From: Mobula hypostoma
Lineage: Eukaryota
DNA: 64,000 nucleotides
Assembly: GCF_963921235.1 (NCBI RefSeq)
Contig: NC_086108.1
Span: forward strand, 64,916,001-64,980,000
Direction of reading: 5' to 3'
The position numbers and the translations under genes were made by a program. The notes beneath the pieces are model-generated. The model ran no database searches, was not told the DNA's origin, and saw only the letters and a program-made list of their open reading frames with translations. The first letter of the stretch is position 1; each line of letters begins with the position of its first letter. Shown one piece after another: positions 53,891 through 64,000 of the stretch.

Positions 53891-55098
53891 AGAATGCTGA
53901 TGATGAAGACTATGAAATTTAAAATAACTGAGGTGAAATCATTCTTTGCTAAAAGCAATAAAACAAGTAAAGGTGAAGTAATTTTATTAAAACTCTGCTT
54001 CATTGTCCTTTTACATGGAAATCAATTAGTATTCAAATAATTCCATATAGAAACAATACTCTCTCATTATTATCCAATTACTACTTAGAGTTTCTATTGT
54101 CCTTGCATATCATTCACATATGCTGGTTGAACTGCTCTCTATTTTTATCTAAATTTTCATTATTTCAGGCATTCTCATTATCTTGAATCAGGCATTATGC
54201 CTGGTGCTGGAAAGCTCCTTGCTTACAAGGGACTAGCACTCTTTTCTAGTAATGATGATTTTGCTCAGTGATTTGATACTTTTTGCCCATAATTTTGATT
54301 TACCCATTATTTGTTACTTTAAATATGATTATCCTAAATCAGAGATCACCAAAAGATCATGAAGTTGTAACTTCTTTGCTTTGTAGAATAATTATCATGG
54401 TTGGAAACAATATATCCCAGGTTTCAGTGAAGACGAGGGGAAATGTAGGGAGAGGGAAATGTTCAGAGAGGAGAGGTGAGAAATCAGATGTGATTGTGAG
54501 GAAAGGGTAGAGAAGTGTGATTGTAGCCTGAGCTACAAGTGGTCATATGCACTGAGAGTGAAATGACTGCCGGGGCATCCGATCACATTATCTTGCACTG
54601 AGGTGCACAGCATAGGGTTGCTGCAGTCTGTGTTAGCACCACCTGTGCTGTAATGGTCACAAATAAAACTGAAGCTGGGAAGTCTTTGCTTATATTAAAC
54701 ATGACCCTGTGGAGACCTTCTAATTCAAACATGGTTCATGATTTGTTATGTATTTTGATTGATGCTTTACTGTAACTGAGCAATGAAGATTGGTTAAGAC
54801 CATTTTGTCTAATTTCTGTCAAAAAGGAAGTAATAAGTGCTGTGCAACTTGATGATGACATCATATGTGTCTGGAGATGGTACCTAGGCTAGGAAAGAAT
54901 ATACCAATAAATGTTTGGTCCAATTTCCTGATGGATGAGAAATGAACACAATTATTTCAAACAATGCACAAAATGATTTTTATGCCTGTTTCTTTCTACG
55001 AAGTAGGGATGTATAGTTTTACTATCTATGCATTTGGTTTTGCAATTACAAACGTGCTCTATACAATGGTAAATTTCATAAACAGCATTAGTAAAAGC

Positions 55099-55306
55099 CT
55101 CACACACAAAAAATACTGGTGAATGCAGCAGGCCAGGCAGTATCTATAGAAAGAGGTACAGTCGACGTTTCGGGCCAAGACTAAGGGTCTCAACCCGAAA
55201 CATCGACTATACCTCTTCCTATAGATGCTGCCTGGCCTGCTGCGTTCACCAGCATTTTCTCTGTGTGTTGCTTGAAATTCCAGCATCTGCAGATTTCCTC
55301 GTATTT
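55099..55306 (+). mobile_element. Fold-back (palindromic) Penelope pseudo-LTR insertion
   Basis: Inverted arms of about 80 bp centred near 55182, homologous to 5828-5945. Perfect 14-bp TSD GCATTAGTAAAAGC at 55085-55098 and 55307-55320. Confidence 0.9.
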
Positions 55307-56255
55307 GCATTAGTAAAAGCATGTCATATCACACTTGAGTTCCTATATTATGCTCAAGCCTTTGCTAATTCTAATGAATGGAAGTCATTTGAAGTTCCAT
55401 CATCTCTGAGGAAATCTTGACTGAAGATGTAGCAGTGGGGATTGGGTCTTTTTCACTTCTTGGTAGGGATAGCAGCTGCATGTGTGTCATTACTTTGGAG
55501 TGAAATCCTTACTCTCTGGAGCAATATTATATAGTTTTGTGCTCACTTTAATTTTCTCAGACATTATTCAGACTGCAGTAAATTTGAGTAAGATCATCTA
55601 ATTCAGTGGATCTCTTTAATTCAGTCTTTGATTCACCAAAATAAAAACCTCAGCTTCCCACAATTCTCTAGTTTGTGGTAAATCTGCAAAAGCAGCAAGG
55701 ACCTACTATCCTACTTCTGATTTTCACTATCCTTTGTTAATTCTTTCCTCCTTCTCTTCAGTTGTTTTGATCTCATATATGTTCCTTTACTTTTATTATC
55801 CATTTTCTCTGCCCTACCACCCAAGATGTATAGTTTGGGACAATAGAAAGCAACCTAAAATACATACATGACGTCTTCAGTCAGCCAGGGGCTTGTAGGT
55901 ATGGTGTGGTCTCCTAAGAAACTCTAGACAATATTTTCATTGTAGTACAAGATGAGGAATAGAACCAGATAATTAACAACCTACATATATTAAACATTGG
56001 CTTGAAGTATGGAGCATTTCTGGGTGTCTCCTATTGATATCACATCTGCCATTACAATTGCTTTAGCTTCGAAGTATCATCAGTATGGAAATTGCATTTT
56101 GTTACACCGAGGACAAAAATGGCTTAGGTCAGTTTTGATGAACCAGTAAAGCTGATGTTGAATTGACCCAGTGTTGGCTGATAAGAACAAGCCTAACAAG
56201 CATCTCTCGTAAGGGCAGCACCAATAAGTCAGCATATAGACCAGACAAGCTAAAA

Positions 56256-57805
56256 CAGGTTTCCCCCGCCATCCGAAGGTAGAACGTTCCAATGAAACGG
56301 TTTGTAAGCCGGAATGTCGTAAAGCAAAGAAGCAATTACCATTTATTTATATGGGAAAATTTTGTGAGCGTTCGCAGACCCAAAAATAACCTACCAAATC
56401 ATGCCAAATAACACATAAAACCTAAAATAACAGTAACATATAGTAAAAGCAGGAATGATATGATAAATACACAGCCTATATAAAGTAGAAATACTTTTCC
56501 ACAATCATTACCTGAACTGTTCTCCGTAGCGAAAATCTCACGCAAGCGCCGTCGGCAAAAACACTCTCACCAGTAACCTCTAAGCTATGAAGCTGCCAAA
56601 TCATACCAAATAACACGCAAAAATACACGGCCTATATAATGTAGAAATAATGTATGTACAGTGTAGTATCACTTACGGGAATCGGGAAGGCAGCTTGCCA
56701 AGTACAATGACGATGGTGTGTGAGGCTGAGTTGTCGGAGTTTGGGTGGTGCAGTGGCCCCCACCCTCCAGGCCGCCGATCGATACCGATCCGCAAAGCAT
56801 GCAGGGGTACAGCAGTAGCCGGGAGGCACACAGCACATCTTTAAGAAAAAAGCCGAAATAAACAAGCTAATTAATTAGGTGCCACCCGGCACGTAGATGT
56901 TGGCCCAGATCAGAGGCGACGCAATCAGCAATCGCCTCTGATCTGGGCCGACAATTACATGCCAGGTGGCACCTAATTAATTAGCATGTTTATTTTGGCT
57001 TTTTTCTTAAAGATGTGCTATGTGCCTCCCGGCTACCTCTGCATTCTCCGCAAATCGGTATCTGTCCGCGGCCTGGGGGTTGGGGTGGTAGGACACTGGG
57101 GTGTCATCTCATGGTCGTCTGTTTCCATTAGGGCAGGCAGCTCATCTTGACTTATGACTGCCTGCCTCGATGTCGAAGGTCGAGTTTCGTCGTCTGCTGT
57201 GGCTGATGTGGAAGGCTTGCTTGACTGCTGAGCCTCGTGCATTTTTCTATCATACAGTTCCTTGTAAGGACTCAAACCATCTTGCAAATTTGCCCTAAAC
57301 CAACGTACCTTTTCAAAATTAAAGTCATACTTTATCATTACTTATTCGGTTTCAATTGTTATCCTTTCCTCTTCCAATTGCATCAGCTCTTCATCTATCA
57401 GTTCTTGGTCATGGGATGCCAAAACCTCTTCAACATCATCTTTGTCAACTTCCACAAGCCAAACTCACTTTGTCCTTACTTCGTTCACTATGATCGAAAT
57501 GCTTAATTATGTCTTGCTTTACGCTAAATGTAACACCCTTACGAGCTCTTTCAGGCTTTTCCGATACCATAGAACTCATCTTGCAAACGGCTGCTCACCG
57601 GCACGTGTTTAAGCAATGCCGGCGAGAATGCCGTTCTGAATCCAGGGGAGAGCGGCTGCTCAGGGTGCGCGCTGCTTTTTTTTTGCGCTCTGCCTTTTTT
57701 GTAACAGTGAAAACACCTTCTGTTAGCGAAAACAGGGTACTAATGTAGGTCTTTCGATAGAGTGAGGTTTCGTAAAGCGAACGTTGGAAAAGCGGGGGAC
57801 ACCTG
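56256..57805 (-). mobile_element. Internally deleted Tigger/pogo-like DNA transposon
   Basis: TIRs CAGGTTTCCCCCGC / GCGGGGGACACCTG. A minus-strand ATG at 57570 gives MVSEKPERARKGVTFSVKQDIIKHFD (CENP-B-type HTH start), joined to C-terminal DDVEEVLASHDQELIDEELMQLEE and LSPYKELYDRK remnants. No DDE core. Confidence 0.88.
56815..57036. repeat. Long inverted repeat, 105-bp arms with a 12-nt loop, inside the Tigger element
   Basis: Arm 56815-56919 (GTAGCCGGGAGGCACACAGCACATCTTTAAG...CAGAGGCGA) is the near-perfect reverse complement of 56932-57036. Confidence 0.95.
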
Positions 57806-60169
57806 AACACACCAAAGTACGTAGCGAAATCTTGACAAAATCAAGAGGGATCTCACCAACTAAATTATTGTTTGATACAAATTCACAAAAATGTCAGTTT
57901 GCAACAGGATAACTCCCGGGAATAGAAAAAGACTTGTCTAATCCAACTCTTAATGCTTAGTTTCTGGACTTGATCTTAGGGAAGCTTGCAACTTAGACTC
58001 CTAACTGCATTTCACCAGCTTGAAGGAGTTACAACTGAGTGGGCATATATAGACTCAGTGAATGCAGGGAGATGTGATTTATAAGGTTATGAATTCTGAA
58101 GACTTTTTGACCTATATTCAGATTGTAGAAATAACAGATGTTGTCCTTCACATCAGCGAAGAATGTAGCCAACCGGTGCAGAATGGTTCAGCCACCTATA
58201 CACAACAGGGACTACTTTAAACACTGACCCAAGTATGACCCTAGATGGCTTGATTATATTTCACTGTAGAAATGTTGCAAATGCTTCTGCGGTAAAGGAT
58301 TTCTGCAGCTGATAGCATCAGATTATGTTTTTGTTCCCACATCTCATATCCCCAACTTCGATCATATTGACTTGCCTGGGCTTAATCATAGCAATTCCCA
58401 GTCTTGTTCACATTACAGCTGAGTTGCAGTTTTCATCAAATCTTGTGGATTCCCAATGCTGGAGCAAACATAACAAAGCAAGCATTTACTAAACGATTAC
58501 CTCACTCCTCTTTATAGATCTTTAAGGAAGAAATTGTTAATGCATTTTTAAAAATTTGTTAATAATTATTTGTTAGTAATAAATCTGTTAAAGTTAATTT
58601 ATGATATCTTGAAATTTTATGTTTAAAATAAAGCAGGGTTTGCATAAAGCTACAAGTATGCAGTAAATTGAAACTGTCCAGTTTAGAAGCAGATATAATT
58701 TGCAAAAGCAAAGGTTTTCTAGATACATATTGAGAAGCATAAGAAAAAGCATTTCATATGAAGCTGTTGGAAAAATTTGTATAAAATTATTAATCCTACT
58801 GGAATACTCTACCATTCATATTCTTTATTTTCACAAAAACTGGTATATTTTCATAGATTTTCTACTTTGTACTGAATTATTTGTTTCATATTTCGGTACA
58901 ATTGGACAACTTTTTAAATGTTTTTTAAAAAACATACTTATGGAATTTTGTAGACATCATTAAATTGCTCTGTTTATTAAATACTAATAAGTAGAGGAAT
59001 AAGTAGTTTTATCATTTACGCTTGTACACCAATGAAGGCAATTTGAAAATATATGTTGCCCTTTATTTATAAGTACTAAGGAGATGAACACACTGGTGTG
59101 AATCCTTACCACCAATTCTGAGTTGAAATTGAAAAATGTACGCATGAATGGATATAGTCCATGGCAGCCCACGACTTGATTTTTTTTACACTGCACATCA
59201 AATTGTCCCAACATTCTTGAATACACAGTTTTCAATTAACTGAAAATATGTGGTGTGCAAACTATTTAAATGGCATAAGGATCATGACAGGTTGTCTGTT
59301 TAGCTGATCAATTAATTTAGTTGAGGTGTTGGAACTTGTTAGCAAGTTGCTGAAATAGGAAGAACTGTTGAATTGGATGCCCCAGTGATTGATATTATAA
59401 ACCCTTACTCCTAAAACGTTAAAGACTTGTTGAAAACTAGACTAATGCGGAGATGATTCCAGATCAAAATGAGCAGATGAAATATGAGCAAACAGGTCAA
59501 GTGCTACAGAAAGATTAAAATCACACATCGAAATTGGTAGAACAATAAAGGATGAAATTTAAGATAGAAATAAAATGTAAAAGCAGAATTTTGCTAGTTC
59601 ATAAAACCCATGCTGTGCTGAATTTGAAGCCCTCCTGAGTGGAGATACCAAAGATTCATTATCCAGCTTTCTACCCCAACTGATCCTGATTTTCCTGCAG
59701 CTGGAGGAAAATAAGGAATTGCCAAAATTGTAGAAGGGGCTAGAAAACATGATATTTAATTAGAACAGACACAGAAAATTGGGTTATATGAATGTAGCAA
59801 AATTCTGTTATTTTCCTTTCACCTGGGTGTATTGTCATATTATGTAAAGGTCAAAGTTATATTTTTTTCTGTTAGTTTTGACTTCAGAACTAATTGGATA
59901 AAGATATATGTCAATTGAAAAGAGCTTGGGGAAATCCCTTCCTAGGTAATGGACTGAAGATAATAAATTGCACACTCGGATTATTGCAAGCTTAGTTTTA
60001 GTTTACTCTCTGGCACGAGTACTGCCAGGATTGTAACCTCCCTCTTGCCTGTATTTTGTTGTCTTTTCCAATGCTAAAAAAATTTTCAACACCACTAGAT
60101 GTTAAATATTTGAAGAAGGGCACCAAAAACATGAGAACATGGAAGTTGTTATCCAAGCTTTTATGATAA

Positions 60170-61140
60170 ATGTCAATTTTTACGATGTATGTCAATGATT
60201 TGGACTACGTTATTAAGGGATTTGTGGCTAAATTTGCTGATGATACAAAGATAGGTGGAGGAGCAGCTAGTGTTGAGAAAACAGAAAGCCTACAGAGAAT
60301 GGGCAAAGAAGTGGCAAATGAAATACAATGTTGGAAAGTGTATGGTCATGCACTTTGGTGGAAGAAATGAACAAGCGGACTATTATTTAGATGGGGAGGG
60401 AATTCAAAATGCAGAGATGCAAAGGGACTTGGGAGTCCTTGTGCAAGATACCCTAAATATTAGCCTCCAGGATGAGTCGGTTGTGAAGAAGGCGAGTGCA
60501 ATGTTAGCATTCATTTCTGGAGGTATAGAATATAAGAGCAGGGATGTGATGTTGGGGCTCTATAAGACACTTGTGAGACCACACTTGGAGTTTTGTGTGC
60601 AGTTTCAGGCTCCTTATTTTAGAAAGGGTATACTGACATTGGAGAGGGTTCAAAGAAGATTCACAAGAATGATTCCAGGGATGAAAGGGTTACCGTATGA
60701 GGAACATCTGGCAGCTCTTGGGGTGTATTCCTTGGAGTTCAGGAGAATGAGGGGGGATTTCTTGGAAACATTCCAAATGTTAAAAGGCCTGAACAGATTA
60801 AATATGGCAAAGTTACTTCCCATGGTAGGGGATTCTAGGACAAGAGGGCACAACTTCAGGATTGAAGGACATCCATTTAGAACTGAGATGCGGAGAAATT
60901 ACTTTAGTCAGAGGGTGGTAATCTTGTGGAATTTGTTGCCACGAGCGGCTGTGGAGGCCAAATCATTGGGTGTATTTAAGGCAGCAGTAGGTTCTTGATT
61001 AGCCAGGGCATCAAAGGCTATGGGGTGAAAGCAGGGGAGTGGGGATGACTGGAAGAATTGGATCAGCCCCTAATTGAATGGCGAAGCAGACTCAATGGGC
61101 TAAGTGGCCTGCTTCTGCTCCTTTATCTTATGATCTTATA
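60170..61140 (+). mobile_element. CR1 LINE 3' fragment
   Basis: KFADDTKIGG (ORF 60170-60370) and ORF 60255-60998 (RPHLEFCVQF, YSLEFRRMRGD, LWNLLP). TCTTATGATCTTAT tail. Confidence 0.93.
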
Positions 61141-62436
61141 TCCTAAATTGGAAATACATTGTTGTTCCTTCAAAACTACTGTGTTGAAATCCTGGAACTC
61201 TTCCCTGAAAATTATTGTGGGCATAGTTGCTCCTCAAGGACTGCAGTAGTTCAAGAAGGCAGCTCACTACAACTTTTTCAAGGGCAAGTAAGGTTAGGCA
61301 ATTAAATGTTGTTTCAGCTACAAAGTTCACACCTCTTGAATAAAAGAAGTATAATCAAAGAAGTACCTGCATGTCCATTACCTGGCAACTCAGGAATCTT
61401 TCTTTCGGGAAAGATCGCAATCTAGCAGTGCTTAGCGATATAATGTCAGATCTGTGACTAGATCACTCAGCATCTCCTAAGAGCAACATTTAGGAAGGAA
61501 GAAGGTAATTATGGTAATTGCAGTGAACAGATCTAAACCTAAGAATATCAGATATCCTAAGTGACAAATAGAAAAAGCATAACAAATGAAAACTAGAAAA
61601 GCATATCTAATAAAGAAAGCTTGATGAAGTTTAGGATGAAAGGAATGTTGTCAAGCTATTAGCCCAGTTTTCATGCTTAGATACTGATAGTTTCCCAACA
61701 ATTTCTATTTCATTGCAAAAATATACAAGTTTACAAGTTAAAAGTAATAGGTGTCACCATCAATTGCAGGAAGAATTCCTATTTGGACAGGATTAAATTA
61801 ATGTAAATGTATAGGTCTGCTTTATTACAGGGCTGGTTATGCTAATTTACAGGATACATTTGAATTCTGCTTTGGATTTCTTTTGAAAGATCTTAGATCA
61901 ATTGAACTCTATCCTCCTTTAAATGTAAGCATTGGATTTGTTCATTTGCCATTCTCAATCCCATCTATTGAACTCGTTCAAAAGTTGGGTTGTTACTTTG
62001 ATCAGGTTTATCATTATAGTTCTGTTTCTGATCATGTGATTATCTTACAAACTATTGGTCCTCCTACTGAAGAGATCAGAGTCTGGCCTTCAGTTAGCAA
62101 ATAGAAGGAAATTGGTATTGTTATTATAAACATAGAGAAAAATCATTGCTCACCATTTGCCCACAGACCAAACAATCAGCACACAGTCACATATATCTGA
62201 CTGACCTGTCACATTTTATAATCTTTGAACTTTTCTCAGTGGCAGAGAAATACAGGTCTTCTTTAGGATATGAACTATCAAGTGAACTATTCAACTATTC
62301 ATAATCTAGACAATTTGCAAATTGGAAATACGGCCATGCATCATGTCCTAAGGCAGTAAATGATGCTTGCAACTGTGGCAAATTTATCTTGCTAGTCTCC
62401 CAAACACTGATTTGTATGCATTGGCTATACCAAAGT

Positions 62437-62589
62437 CACACAGAATGCTGGAGGATCTCAGTGAGTCAGGCAGCATCTACAGAGGGAAATGGTCCATTTC
62501 CCTCCATAGATTCTGCCTGATGCATTGAGTTATTCTGCCATTTTGTGCGTCACTCCAGGTTTCCATCACCTGCAGTCTTCCTTGTGTCT
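62437..62589 (+). mobile_element. Older fold-back Penelope pseudo-LTR insertion
   Basis: Inverted arms of about 55 bp centred at 62493 (GAGGGAAATGG-T-CCATTTCCCTC), followed by a CCATCACCTGCAGTCTTCCTTGTGTCT tail related to the other pseudo-LTR copies. Confidence 0.7.
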
Positions 62590-64000
62590 GTACATAAGTT
62601 AGGAATTTGTAGCTTGGGGAGAGTCTGTGTGTTGTTTCTAAACACACGCTTAAGTATTTTCCAAGAAAGAAAATTTTCATTATACGCTTAAAACATTAGG
62701 ATAGCCGTTCTTACTTGCTGCCTTTATAAATATTTACAGGAATATTGTTGAAACAGTGCCAGAAACTGGAGAAACTGATCCTTACTCTAGGGGCTGTTCA
62801 AAGGCATCACTTTGTAACTGGTACCACAGGATATTATACCATAACTGTGCCAGTCTATGCAACTCCAGCACAACATGCTATCAATAATTAAAAGAGATCT
62901 GTTACTGTGGATTCTTCTAATAGTGGTGTTACTAGCAGTAGAAAGGTTTATGTATAATAGTTCTAATATTCTCTCCCTCTCTGAATAAACTAGAATTCCA
63001 TTATACCTAATGCTAGCAAGCCCTACGATTATTGTGATGAGTTAAATTTTATCTCTGTATCAGGAAAATAGCAGGTTTGTATTTCCATTGAGTTCAGTTA
63101 GAAGAAACATTGATACCAAAGGTCAAAATGTGAATGTGCTGGCAGAGTTGTACCCACTTGATATTTTTGAAAGAAATTGATTGAAATGAATATGCAAATT
63201 TACCAAATAATCCAAAATGAATCATTGCTGTTTTCCTTTGACCTCTGTGGCTTAGATCTGAGTTGATGTTACTCCCTCACTCTGTCAGAATGAAATTCAA
63301 TAACACTTGGTTGCACATCGATCTGTGAAGTAGGAGAAATTATGTCATTTGGCCAACAAATATTGATCGTCCCTGCAACTCAGAGTTTGGAATTAACAAT
63401 TTGGAAACTACTCACCAAATGTTCAAGTTATTTGCAACTTCCAGTATAATCTTTTATCTTTCAGTTCTGTAAGTGAAATATACTGCTTAATTAAAAGTGC
63501 TGCAATAATAATTCAGTAAGAATATATGGATGATTGGTTATGGCTGACTAAAACATCATTTGCTGTACTAACAACTAAAAAAACTTGAAAGAGCACCAAT
63601 GAAAATTGATAACTGAACTGCAGCATAAATTTATCATGTGAACACTCAACGTTTGCATATAACAATCTGCTATACTTTAATCAGATTACTTCCTCTGCAA
63701 AAGTAGCAGGTGATAAAACATGAACATCATTTAAGTATTCATCTGCTGGCATTGACTTTCATAATTTTGAACAATAGCTAAAAAGCCTTCAACACAGGTT
63801 GCTCCTAAAAATGCTTCATTGATGTTCCTTATTTATCTTAGTCAAGAAACAAATTAGTGACCTGTTTCAAATAGTATCAGCTGATGAGTTGTTCGGCAAA
63901 TTCAAAAGCTGGTCCTGGATTCTGTAGTCACACAGACACTGAAAAGACTGATGGAACGTCGGAGCAAGACCAAAATATGTGAAGAAGGGGGTTAATGTTA

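Overview
Eukaryotic, AT-rich, repeat-dense vertebrate DNA. The repeat set (abundant CR1 LINEs, HE1/V-SINE-like elements, Rex1/Babar, Penelope-like elements) points to a cartilaginous fish, probably a ray; this is inference. The window lies inside one large + strand gene, Nuclear Factor I A (NFIA). Two short coding exons missed by the ORF track are present, 25091-25208 (118 nt) and 40468-40595 (128 nt), with canonical AG/GT sites. They splice in frame to [82 protein letters not shown]. The rest is intron. It holds many truncated or nested CR1 LINEs, Rex1/Babar pieces, an L1/Tx1 3' end, a HERO-like 3' end, two non-autonomous RTE derivatives and Penelope-like fragments (one with an intact minimal hammerhead ribozyme core, two as fold-back palindromes). 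It also holds three DNA transposon derivatives: a hAT MITE, a mariner MITE and a Tigger with a 105-bp internal hairpin. All long ORFs are transposon-derived. I found no clearly novel biological system. The most interesting leads are the sense-strand hammerhead, the fold-back elements, the MAR1-like RTE derivative and a possible frame-closed exon 5-6 circle. All family and gene assignments come from recognition and memory, not database searches. Boundaries of old repeats are approximate.
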